The position numbers and the translations under genes were made by a program. From the NCBI RefSeq assembly GCF_964355755.1, contig NC_092673.1, positions 1,736,001-1,800,000 of the forward strand: a stretch of 64,000 nucleotides of DNA, in the 5' to 3' direction. The notes below the pieces were generated by a model, which saw nothing but the letters and a program-made list of their open reading frames with translations, made no database searches and was not told the DNA's origin. This DNA comes from Antedon mediterranea (Eukaryota; Animalia; Echinodermata). Below, in pieces: positions 1 through 11,866 of the stretch (its first letter is position 1; each line of letters opens with the position of its first letter).

Positions 1-373
1 GCTATCCAACTCTGTATATAATAATAGTAATTTAAGAGGGCGCTAGACACTTTACATGAAATCCAAAGATCATCTTCTCTCTATGTAACTAACCCGTTAG
101 AAGGCGTGAATAATGTTAACACCAAACGTTCCTATTATTTCTATAGAAGTCTTTTTATAAGCAAATCCATTTTATTTAGATGAAAGTAAGCAAAAAAGAG
201 TAGTATAAGTGCAAAGTAATAATAAATGACAAGGCCTACTAAACACGAGTACGGCAAATCTGAAACAGTTGGTTTTAGTGTTCTTTCTCTAGATTTTAAT
301 AGGCCAAATATTACAGACATACAACAACGTAGGCTATCATTACTTTCTGAAGGAGATTAAAATCAGTACTTTA

Positions 374-491
374 CTCCAATACCAGTACCTTGCTTGCTCC
401 AATACCAGTACCTTGCTTGCTCCAATACCAGTACCTTGCTTGCTCCAATACCAGTACCTTGCTTGCTCCAATACCAGTACCTTGCTTGCTC
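374..491. repeat. Minisatellite, 23-bp unit CTCCAATACCAGTACCTTGCTTG, ~5 perfect copies
   Basis: Directly visible tandem copies; explains the repetitive ORF 340..615. Confidence 0.95.
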
Positions 492-1308
492 TTATACCAT
501 GCATCAAACATAATGAAATAAATAGTTTAGCGATAAAATAACTTTCACTGAAACGTTGGCTCATTAGCATACAGTACTGTACAAATGTTCTCTTTGTCGA
601 AATTCTCATCTTCACGGGTTTCTTTTTATTCTTATACCAAAATTATGATGCAAATTATATATATTTGACCACCGTCAATAATTGTTTAAATAGAATGAAT
701 TTTAAATGTACGGTAATTATAAGAGAGCCTCAGCCACGCCAACGCCAATGAGGCCTACTTAAGTGGGACGATTTTTTTTTAGACCTATTTTGTCAGTACG
801 GTGGTGTAACTTTACCCTGGAGCTGAAGAGTACTATCATTTTGATTAATATTTTGTTTGTACACTTGTCTATTTTCCTCACCCATTTCACCAGGTGTAGA
901 TATATTTATATTATCAATATTAGCAGCTATAATAAGCTGTTTTTATCATGACCGATGAGATACACCTACACCAATCTTGTTGGCAACGGGTTTTTTTTTC
1001 TCATAAAAATGCCCTGGTAATAATTAGGCCTAGTTTAAAGGCTGTAGAACAATGTAGTTCGCTTGTGCCGAATGGAAGCCGAATGAATGCCGAATGGAAG
1101 CCGATTGGATATCGCACATTTTGAAGGTCCCTGAACTCTTGATCGATCGATATTATAATCATTAATTAACTTGCTTGTACTGTGTACAGTAATTAATAGT
1201 TAACATTAATTAAACAATATCACAATGTTTATGTGTTAGCGCTTTTTGTAGTATAGTTTGAATAGTTTAGGAATTATACATGCAGCAAAGAGGTTGTTAT
1301 CAAAACTT

Positions 1309-1487
1309 AAGCTTGGTTCCCACTAGAACGTAACGCAATGACGGGACGTAAACGCAACACAAGCGTTTTAACCAATGACAAGCGAAGCAGTTAGCAATCA
1401 CAAGCGAATAAGCCATCGCTTGTGATTGGTCAATTCACTTGCGTTGCGTTACGTCCTTGTGTTGCGTCGCTAGTGGGAACCAAGCTT
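1309..1487. mobile_element. MITE family 1 (PIF/Harbinger-like), complete fold-back copy
   Basis: TIR AAGCTTGGTTCCCACTAG...CTAGTGGGAACCAAGCTT with an internally palindromic body (GACCAAT.ACAAGCGA / TCGCTTGTGATTGGTC). Superfamily is inferred from terminus style only. Confidence 0.85.
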
Positions 1488-2018
1488 GAGTGCTTCACAT
1501 ATATATCAAAACTATCATCATAGTCATTGAACAGACTTGATTTTTTCCACGATTTTAAATTACTTATATCGTGGTCAATTGCGAAGCATCCCTGTCGTCC
1601 AATCACCGTCGCATCTAATTATTACGGTGGGCTTCTTACGTCGTAAGTAAATATAAGGCTGAGAAGGTTATGGTGTCAAAATAAAATTCAACGTGATTCA
1701 GGTTTTTTATCAGAACCAAGCCGACCCAACTGAAATAAATTAACACAATAAAATGTAAACTATAATTTGATTGCAAATAATTGTGTTTATTTAATTTCGT
1801 TTTGACTAAAAACTACAAAAATGCAAACGTTCCAGAAACATGTTAGCTGTTTTATAGATTCGCTAAAAATGACGACGTTTGTGCGTTTGGTATTAAACAT
1901 TTTTACAAATTATATTTACATTGTATAATTTCTAAATATATTATCTAGAACTATATCTAAAACTTTTGTACACAGTTGCATAATTATTTGAGGCAATGGA
2001 AGAATGCATTATAGTTCA

Positions 2019-2246
2019 TAAAGCTTGGTTGCCGTTCGAGTTGCAACGCAAGGACGTAAGTGCATAAGAAGTGCGTCCTAGCGTTAAGCGTGGTTCCCAC
2101 TACTAAAGACGCAACTCAAGGACGTAGACGAACAACGCAGTTGACCAATAACAAGCGCCAATCGATTGATCTATTGCTTGTGATTGATCAAATCACTTGC
2201 GTTGCGCTTACGCTCTTACGTTGCGCCGTAGTGGGGAATCAAGCAT
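2019..2246. mobile_element. MITE family 1: partial copy (2019-2075) plus diverged full copy (2086-2246) just 3' of the NK4 stop
   Basis: AAGCGTGGTTCCCACTA...TAGTGGGGAATCAAGC termini and the same internal motifs as 1309-1487. Confidence 0.8.
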
Positions 2247-2280
2247 TAGTGTCTTTCAGTTTATTTCGCATACCCGATGA

Positions 2281-4602
2281 TTACCAATGTCTGACATCTT
2301 GCATAGGGGACTGGATATAGCTACACTGCTGTGGCATATTATGCTGATTTGAATAGTTTGTATTAAATGGTGACGACGAACAATTCATATCTACGAGATA
2401 CTGAGATGTGTTGAAGTTATAAGGTGGTGGTGATGCTAGGCAGGAGCGGCCATCTCGGACAAGAACCGGTACAGAAACACGTCGAGAGGCTAGCTGACTA
2501 CTGTGATCGTCTAGCTCCAAATTTCTGTCTTGACGCTGCCTTTTACACTTGTATCGTCGATTTTGAAACCAGATTTTCACTTGTGTAGGCGAAAGTTTGA
2601 GTAACTTTGCAAGGTGTTCTCGTTCGGGTGCTGATAAGTATTTTTGCTGTTTAAATCGTCTTTCGAGTTCAAAAACTTGAGCCTGAGAAAAGAGGACTCT
2701 TGGCTTTCGACGTTGTCTGGGCTTCGTTGGTTTGGTTGGTTCAGTGCCTTTAGAAATGTTCACTACTATTTCGCGTTGTGTCATTGAATCCAGATGAGAT
2801 AGTTCGTCGACTGTTGATTAAAAACAAATCAAATTTGTAAATCTATAGATAAATGTCATAACGTACAATATACAGTATTTAGTACAAAGGACATGCAGCA
2901 ACGCGGTCTTAATATCAAAAGTATTAAACCAAAAAAAGTTCAAATAAGTATGCTTTTCGTGTCTTAAAAGTCCACATGCTTAAATAATAGCTTAATTCTT
3001 TAATTGTGAATTTTGTTTTCTCGATATACCTTTCACTGTTTCGTTTATTTCATGTGTTGTTCAGGATTATGTACCGTGCCGTACACTAAAGTTTACCGAT
3101 ATTTTGTTTCAATTTTGAAATCTGCAGAGACGCAAAGCAAATGTTGAAATTCGAAATAAAAATATGAAATATATTTGAATATTATATTATACAGATCATT
3201 TACTGATCCTTGTCAAATCGTATGCATCGACAACAACATGGGTGTACCTAGGCCTATACGTCAAATTTTTGTGTGTTTGTATAAACTCACTGTGTTAGAT
3301 CACACTCAACTCAAGTTGTTTCAAACTCGAGTTGTTGGTTGATGTGTTTATTTTAAAACTTCTACCAGAAACTTAACAGATACTTTATGCTTTCCGCATC
3401 CTCTTGATTCCAAAAAATAACACAACAATTTGCTTTAGGGCACGCGTATTTATGTAATCTTCTTCAAGACTAGCAAAAAACACATGAGGCCTCTATTTAT
3501 CAATGAACATTTGATTTTTCTTTAATTACAGTGCAAGATCAGTACTGTCATGGCTCATTATGATCTGGAGATGGTTAGTGTCACTTACTAGTTTGAGATA
3601 TAAGTATCACATTATAAGTATATCAAATATTATTAGGCCTATTCTTTATTTATTTCAATTCATCACACATAATCATAAACATACATAAATAATCATAGTA
3701 CAAAAACAAACCACAAAAAAAGAATGAAAAGGAGGAATCTGTGAAGCATCTTATAAGTAGAAACCTCCTGTTACAAAACAATAATATTAATAGAAATATG
3801 AAAAAAGGGCACACTGTAGGCAAATAATTTAATTTTTAAGAAAATGCAAACAATCTTGTTTTTTAGCTTTACAAAAAAGATATATTCTTCATTGCAAAGC
3901 ATCATTCAGTACATGGCTTTTTGCATTATTATTATCTCGTTGCTAATTAGACTCTAGCCTTATAAAGCTCTGTCTACACTATCAAAATAGTTTGACAAAA
4001 AAGGTGTTTTTTTTTTGTCACATAACGTTTGATAGTGTAGACAGAGCTTTAGAAATGAGTAGGTATGATTTATTTGACCTATTTTAAAATGAATGGTTTA
4101 TAATCAGTTTACACAATGTTTACAATAATATAGGCCTAAAGATTAAAATACGGTAATCAATAGTCGCATATTGAAAAACAAATTGACTTTGCCTATTTAG
4201 CTGGGAAGTACCTGTTTTCCTTTATATAATGTTTACGTATATTGATATTTACGGTAATTTAGTTAGTTAATTAATTAATTAATAATACATACCTTGATCA
4301 CACGTAGGCGATTGATTGTGCGTCTTGTATTTGTCCGGAATATCATGGATGAAGGATGAATAGACAGATTCCGGGTTCAAATCCATCTCTGTGCATTGGT
4401 TGGTGTGGGACTCCTGCTGCTGCTGCTGCTGCTGGAAGCTCGATGTAGCATGGGAATAATCAACAAACGGAAATTGGTACTGATGCTGTTCGGCTAAGTT
4501 TAATATATCTTTCACCGAGAAAGGTGTACTATTAGCAGTTATGATTGAAGAAGGTGAGTAAGTGGTCATTGAGTTTTGCTGCTCAGTGCTCTCAAAATTC
4601 AT
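2281..4602 (-). CDS. NKX2-5: NK4-class homeobox transcription factor (Nkx2-5/Nkx2-3/tinman family), 279 aa; exons 4602-4293 and 2810-2281
   Basis: TN/eh1 motif [11 protein letters not shown]; homeodomain [32 protein letters not shown]...[14 protein letters not shown] (Tyr54); NK2-specific domain [15 protein letters not shown]; C-terminal VRHW resembling the NK4 GIRAW motif. A phase-1 GT-AG intron joins both ORFs in frame (310+530 nt). Confidence 0.93.
3964..4050. mobile_element. MITE family 2, internally deleted copy in the NK4 intron
   Basis: TIR AAAGCTCTGTCTACACTATCAAA...TTTGATAGTGTAGACAGAGCTTT; same termini as the copies at 7262, 18817, 19740 and 25553. Confidence 0.85.
4414..4434 (-). 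repeat. (CAG)7 coding microsatellite, poly-Q in NK4 exon 1
   Basis: (CTG)7 on +, translated QQQQQQQ. Confidence 0.9.
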
Positions 4603-6756
4603 GTTCGTTGCTTTGATCGTCCACTTCTCAAAGAAGCTCCACTTTTATAAAAACTTCTTGTGAGTTATTGACAGATCGGGTTGTTATAGGTGCGGCATAG
4701 ATCACAGATTGACATATCACACAAAACCAAGACACTTAATACTTTCCAAATTTGGGAGGTCTTTTACGGAGCTTTAGATAAGAATTGATGACGCTATAAC
4801 AATCACCCGACTTGATTGGTGAAATATTTAAAAAGGAAACGTGTAAATGTACAACCTATAAAACTCAATCAATTAAGCAGACGATACGCGGGCTTTGCTC
4901 GGAGGTTTTGGAGCCTATCTTGTCAAATTTGTTTAAAAGTTGCGACCCTGGGTTTACATAAGCAGACAATGTTTAGGCATGTATACTTTTACTACAATGA
5001 ACAGGGTATCGGCAACGGGCTTGATTCGTGAGACGACGAATATACATTGAAGTCATTTCCTGTTTATCAAGCAATTGGATACCTAAAATTAGCACCAACA
5101 TTTATATTAAACATCTTGGCTGGGCAATTTAATGAATCTTTAGTTGGATCGGTAGCAGACAGGAGAATGTGTCTTACAAACATTGCTTATCTAGATAGAA
5201 ACAATTTAGTGACATCTAGATAGCCGTTCGACCCTTGTTTACACGAGATTCACCGATGCAACGCTGAATGCTGTTAACTGTTATCTTGTCCATGCCTGCA
5301 TCCATCACTGTTTGGTGTAAACTCTAAACAAGTTGGAGACACAAAGTATGCTTCGATGTCCTACTATCTCTCTCTATCTTTCTTAATTGCATGCTTCGAA
5401 TAGTGGTTTTATTTCGTGACTTTCCTATCGTAAACGAAGATAATTCTCACAGAAGTAAATCAATGTAAAGATGTAAATATTGGAAAATTAAATGGTCCTT
5501 TCTTTTGTCTTACAGTAATCCTTACATTTCTTCAATTTTTAAATTCAGAAAATGTGTTTAAAATGTATTTATCAAGGCTTTCGATTATCCGTAAAACTAA
5601 TATGGCAAAGGGAAACATTCCGCATTTTTTTTATAACGAACGGAAAAATAGTGTAGGGCCGTATAAACTGATGCAAAGTGAATAATAATATCTTATAAGA
5701 GGCAAACATATTTTATTTTTTAAATTTTTGTGAATTTAGAACAAAAACAATATTTATTTACAACAAAAATTATATTGTTTTGATGCCTTTATCAATGCAT
5801 GAAATAAAAAAATAAAAAGAATTGAATAGGCTAATTTATGCATATGATAAAGTTTATTAACACTTTTAAGATGCAAAAACACACAAATATTGTATATGAT
5901 CTGAGTAGGGAGTTCAACAACTTAATGGTTTTAGTTAGAAGTGCAGGTGACATACTGTAGGCATATAATTTCATAACATGTAATAAGTCCTTATTTGGTT
6001 ATTTACTTGTTTTTTAATAGTAGTAACTAATAAATTTGAAATCTTTGAAGGTTGGGGAATATCACACCGCACGCAATAATTCACTTTTGATAATAGTAAC
6101 ATAAAAAGGAAAAAAAAGTGTCAACGTCGTTTATTGTACGGTAGGCGTGCCATAGCTGGTTAATATTATTACATCATCGCCTTTCAGGGGTCAGAAGGTC
6201 AAGGAACTGGGACGATAAAAAGTACGAACCGACGTGGCTGCTTTATTTGCTGTCTTCTTTCACGTCTCCCTGCCTGTTATGAACGAATAAATAATTGTTT
6301 ATAATAGTTTATAGGTATGCATAGATGTGGTAGTTAGATAGAAGTGTTGTACTGTACGAGAACTTGCCTAGCATACCTCTAGGCTAGGCCTAACTGCGCC
6401 AGGCCCCAGCAGTCTGGCCATGAGGCAGGCAAGGCGGATGAACTGCGTATGCGTGCCTACCGACCGTCAATACTAATAGCTCAATTAAAACTAAGTCTAG
6501 CCTAGGAGTAGGTCTCTAATTAATGATCTTGTACCAACTAGCTAATTATATGAGCATCTTTGTATAATTAATGTATATAATAATAAATACTGAAAAATGT
6601 GCATTTTAATTTTGAAAACAATTGTTGTAGGAAGGAGGATATCTGATTCAGCATTCATGATTCTATTTATTTATGATTACTAGCCTAGTGACTGACTGTT
6701 TAAATTGAAAATGTTGTTTTCTTTTTTTTTACATTTAGGCTTCTTCTGAAATTGTC

Positions 6757-9700
6757 ATGGATTCTGAAAATAAACCAGCACGAATTAATCTGAAAGAACC
6801 AAAATGGGATCAAAGCACTTATCTTGGTCGAGCATTTCACTTTTTCACCGTCACCAATCCAGTTAATCTTCTCCTTAGTAGCAAACAATTAGATGATGCA
6901 AAGGAACTATTACAACAATACAGGTTAATGTACAATTTATAAGGAGTTATTACCCTTTATTGTTCAGGAGGGTTTTAATTTGGGGCAGGCATTTATTTTT
7001 TGGGTGTAATATGGTTACATGTATAATCAAATAAATACCCCCTAGATATGAAAAAATACAACAAAATTGTAGGATTCCAAATTGTGTATATAATGCATAT
7101 GGAGGGGCTTTTATTCGAAGAAATCAGGCCTGACGGCATTTATTCAAGGGGTGGAGTGGGGATTTATTCAAAATTATGTTCTATGGCATTTATTCAAAGC
7201 AAGGCGTTTATTCAAATAAATTCGGTGGTAATACCTAAACAACACAAACATTATGAAGTCTTAAGCTCTGTCTACACTATCTAACTTTATGTGACAAAAT
7301 GTGATGTGCCCATATATGGACATGATGATGTCATATCACTACCTAATTAGGCATATCACCACCATATTTGGGCACATTTTTTTGTCAAACTAGTATAACA
7401 TTTTATCTATAAATATGTTACAGTGATAACAATTTTATTACAGCGAATACAAAGAACCTGCAGGCACCACCGAAGAACAACTATGGAACGCAAAATACCG
7501 ATACGACTCGGCCTTCCACCCAGACACTAAAGAAAAAATGACTCTGATTGGTCGAATGTCCGCACAAGTACCAATGAATATGACAATCACCGGGTGTATG
7601 CTCACATTTTATAGGTACTTTTTTCTAATTTTGATTTGTACTGGTTGTTGAATTATAAGTAGTTTAATAATATTATTTGGTCACCAATTTAATATAGATG
7701 ATATAACCTGTAATGAGAATAGGTGAATGAGTTTGAGTTGAATTTAATTTTTTTTTTTCAGGACTACCCCAGCTGTTTTATTTTGGCAGTGGATAAATCA
7801 GTCTTTTAATGCTATAGTAAACTACACCAACAGAAGTGGAGATTCACCAATTCCTGTAAAGTAAGCATGATTGTTTTACAATATGCCTATTATAATCAAT
7901 CATAACAGGGTTTTCAGTCCGATTTATTCAATCCATCCTTTAATGCCATTGTACTTCAAATGATGCCAACAAAAGTGGGGATTTACCAATTCCTGTAAAG
8001 TAAGCATGATTGTTTTACAATTTATAATATCATACGATACTAAATCATACCTAGTTTTGAGTATTCTTTTCTTTTTGTAAAAGATAAAACTCGTTAAAAT
8101 CAGCTTTTCTTGTTTTCCTTCCTTTCAATTGATTAAGCAGTCAATATAGACAAACTGACCAAACACTTATTCATTGGTTTTTATTTAAAGAACTACTACA
8201 ATATGGTATTATATGTAATTGTTTATAATGTGTTTTATTTCAGTACTTTATTAGCGTCTTATCTAATGGCAACAGGGGGAGCCGTGTCCACAGCGTTGGT
8301 CCTTAATAGTCAAGTAAAGGTAAACACAATCTTTGATTCATTAGTACTTTTTGAACTTTCAGAACTATATCTATTCCTATTAAAAATGAAGATTAGGCAC
8401 AGTTTTCATTAGATTCACTTAGTGCTTGATAACTTAACATCTTTAGGAAGATCCTCTCATTGTATACAGACAAATCCATTGTGAAGTTCTAAGTGATAAA
8501 AGCGTTATAAGCAATTTATTCGTTTTTTTTTATTTTTCCCAAAATCTCAGTATTGTATTCTGTGTTTTTTAAAATTTAAAAAAAATTCTGTACCTCATGC
8601 AAATTTCTGTAAATTTCCTGATATTGATTAGGCCCCAAGCTCCCAAAAGTTTGCGGATTTTTTCTGATTTTTTCTGATTTTTTCTGATTTTTTCTGCTTT
8701 GTAATGCAGGTCCCCGTCTACCCTAATTGGGCCATTCCCCTTGAAAATCTGTACAATTTAGACCAAAGCCTAGCCTAGAGATTCAAAATATACTTAATAA
8801 CACATTTATAATATGCCTAGGTGGCTATGATATACCACGCTACACTTGAACAATTGTCTAGAATTACCATTTTTGTTATACTGAAAATAGGCAGGTAATA
8901 TTATCTTATATAGCACCCTCTATATGATTTAAAATTATATATAGCATGCCCTCCTCCATTGTTTACCTGAAATTTCGTTGAGTTTTTGGACCTCTAGATT
9001 ACTCTCCAAAATCCACTCTATCATTGTGTGTGTTGCAGTATTATGTTCACTTACTTTATGTGTTATAATACTTTATTATTCTCATATAAATTCACTTATG
9101 TTTTGCAGAAACTACCTAAAATTGTAGGTCGCTACGTACCATTTGCTGCAGTAGCAGCTGCCAACTGCATCAATATACCAATGATGAGGCAACGAGAAAT
9201 TCAAAATGGTATACCAGTATTTGATGTGAATGGTAACAGACTAGGAGACTCCAAGATAGCAGCTAAATATTCTATATTCCAGGTTGTAGTGTCTAGAATT
9301 GGCATGGCATTACCTGGCATGGGTGAGTCTCTGTGAATACATCTTGTCATTGTCTCTTTGTAAACACCGTTTTACCATGCGGGAATTCAAGTCAAACACT
9401 GTGCTCAATTTGAGGTTATTGCATATTATAGAGGCTGACTCCGAACCCCAAAAACAAGTTATATATGAAAACATTACTGTACTACACAATACCCTTGTTG
9501 TTGCAATACATTATACCATTCAATACACTAACAGCATTCAAGAATCCATAACTTTTTTGGATTTAGTATGTACCCTTTTTTTCCAAATGCAACACATTGT
9601 ACTGCATGTAACATTGTGTTGTATAAACACAGCCTAAAATAATCTATTAGTTTTGACTTGATTTAAGATATGATTTAATCGATGCATTTGAACTCCCTTG

Positions 9701-10867
9701 TGTTTTTATTGAATACTTATAATATATGTTTATTGTCTGGTTTTTTTTCATAGCAATACCACCATTGTTGATGGTGAGGTTGGAAAAAGGTTCTTTTCTT
9801 AAACGTTTTCCTGTAATGAATGCACCCATACAAGTGGGACTTGTCGGTTTATGGTAAGTACTGTTTATATATTTCGATCAATATTTTTTGATCGTCCTCA
9901 GGAGTGAGAATATGTGGTGTACCGCAAACTTTATATCAATATTACATTATAATGATGTACACCTTTTATAGCATTTTAAAGGCATCTCTTTTGTAGCAAT
10001 GGCCATGATGATGTGTTTAACAATATGTGATTGAAACTAAAACAGAATACCACCTCTGTTTACAATTAACAAAACTACCAGATAAAACAAAAAACTATCC
10101 ACTGTACCCATCTAACAAAAGATTGAAAACAAACTGTCTTATTGCAAACCCTCAATGTGGAACAAGAACAATTTTTTGTTGTTCATCTTTAAATTTATGA
10201 ATATTAATTTGTCAAGTACTGAAATATCATAAAAGTTTATTTTTTGTGTACTTTACGTTACTAATATTACATTTATTTTACTTCCAGTTTGGTATTTGCA
10301 ACACCTCTATGCTGTGCTCTCTTTCCACAAAAAAGGTATTGTCACTAATAAATAATACACTATTAATGTCCTAATTACACCATTTTAAATTATCATTCAC
10401 AGTCATCCTATCACTGTTTTCTTTATATATTGTATAAAAACAACCAAATCATTATATATAAATATTAAATTGCCTGATAAAGGGCTAGTGTTGCCCGAAA
10501 GCTCTGCAAATTTTCTGGCTGTTTTACTTTATCGTTTTGATTTAGTTATTTGCTTATTTTGTATCTCCATTGAGATCAAGCCACTGATACTCACAGCATT
10601 GTCATTTTTTCAGTGCTTATTTTGTATCTCCATTGAGATCCAGCCACTGATACCCACAGCATTGTCATTTCATCCTCATTGTCAATCATACGACCATAGT
10701 GACATTAATATAAACTTATCATCTGTTCCTTTAATGTTTATGTGCACACTTTTTTTGCTTCATTTTAAAGTTCTCTATCTGTCGGTGCTTTGGAACCAGG
10801 TTTGCGGAAACGTATACGTGAAATAGACGTAGACATTGAACGTGTTTACTTCAACAAAGGCCTGTAG
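6757..10867 (+). CDS. SFXN1: Sideroflexin-1/3 (mitochondrial serine/tricarboxylate carrier family), 323 aa; exons 6757-6923, 7444-7614, 7762-7860, 8244-8319, 9109-9322, 9754-9853, 10288-10335, 10771-10867
   Basis: Motifs [77 protein letters not shown] and terminal VYFNKGL. All introns are GT-AG; the CDS totals 972 nt in frame. An acceptor at 6738 suggests an upstream non-coding exon. Confidence 0.95.
7262..7393. mobile_element. MITE family 2, partial copy in a sideroflexin intron
   Basis: AAGCTCTGTCTACACTATC...GTGATGTGCCCATATATGGACATGATGATGTCATATCACTACC body; right TIR missing. Confidence 0.8.
7929..8021 (+). pseudogene. Degenerate tandem duplicate of the 3' part of sideroflexin exon 7762-7860 plus its donor site
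   Basis: CCAATTCCTGTAAAGTAAGCATGATTGTTTTACAAT is identical to 7847-7882; the upstream part is diverged with an insertion. Confidence 0.75.
10551..10670. repeat. Two-copy ~63-bp tandem duplication in the last sideroflexin intron
   Basis: TGCTTATTTTGTATCTCCATTGAGATC.AGCCACTGATAC.CACAGCATTGTCATTT occurs twice. Confidence 0.9.
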
Positions 10868-10953
10868 TTATATATGGGGTTAAATTATATTGTGACCAGT
10901 GGGTTTCGGGAATACATTTCAAAAAGCAATAATAAATATTGGTTTCAAATAAA

Positions 10954-11335
10954 TATGTACTATACTTATTCTCAAGTAAATAAGTGTAAACTTATTTACT
11001 GATTTCAAGTAAATAAGTACAATAGTTATTCACTGATTTTTAAATAAATAAGTACAATACTTATTAACTGATTTTCAAGTAAATAAATATAATACTTTTT
11101 AACTGAGTTTCAGGTAAGTAAGTACAATACTTATTGACTGATTTTCAAGTAATTAGTACAATACTTATTGACTGATTTTCAAGTAAATAAGTACAATACC
11201 TATTAATTGATTTTCAAGTAAATAAGTACAATACTTATTCACTGATTTTCAAGTAAATAAGTACAATACTTATTCAGTGATTTTCAAGTAAATAAGTACA
11301 ATACTTATTCAGTGATTTTCAAGTAAATAAGTACA
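10954..11335. repeat. Minisatellite, ~35-bp unit AAGTAAATAAGTACAATACTTATTCACTGATTTTC, ~10-11 copies
   Basis: Directly visible; begins ~90 bp after the sideroflexin stop codon. Confidence 0.93.
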
Positions 11336-11546
11336 GTTTTTAGGATCGTATATCATGAGCTAATTAATTGCATAGATATGTTTAAAAGAAGGTTATCAGA
11401 ATTTAAGAACACTTACAAGTAAAAGGAAATTAAAAGTATGTTGAGCATGACAATAATAAATTACATTTCCTTCCCCCGTATCTTGACACTAAAGGTTAAC
11501 CAAGTCTAATAACTTCAAACACATGTATTATTATAAGTTATTTTAA

Positions 11547-11866
11547 AGATATATTGTTCCCCTGAAATAATTTTTTGTAACGTTTTTGTTGGATTTGCCA
11601 TTTTAATGGCACATAATAGTTATTCACTTTTACCAAAAATTGGATTGAAGCAAATAAATTATTTACCATGAAAAAAATTATTAATTTAAAGCAAAAAATG
11701 AATTGACTGGAAGTCAGTTATTTTTTGGTTTAAATGAACAGTTTATTTTGTCTTTTTATTACTTTTTTTACAGAAGTGATTAACTTTATTAAAACTGCGA
11801 AATGGCCTATTCAAAGTCCTTTTTTATTAATCTTCATTTTTCATGTTTTTTTTTTTAAATACATCT
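11547..11866. mobile_element. Non-autonomous TTAA-flanked DNA element (Kolobok-like), copy 1
   Basis: TTAA|AGATATATTG...AATACATCT|TTAA; the body matches 28341-28666 and 22565-22780. Confidence 0.7.

Noticed and set aside
340-615. 91-aa ORF with repeated ASKVLVLEQARYWYWSK
   Set aside because: It is the translation of the 23-bp minisatellite; non-ATG start and no exon context.
3964-4050. 87-bp hairpin as a pre-miRNA
   Set aside because: The arms are the TIRs of MITE family 2, present in at least four other places in the window.
10954-11335. CRISPR-like appearance of 35-bp repeats (also 374-491 and 23650-23812)
   Set aside because: Units are contiguous with no unique spacers, there are no cas genes, and the DNA is eukaryotic.
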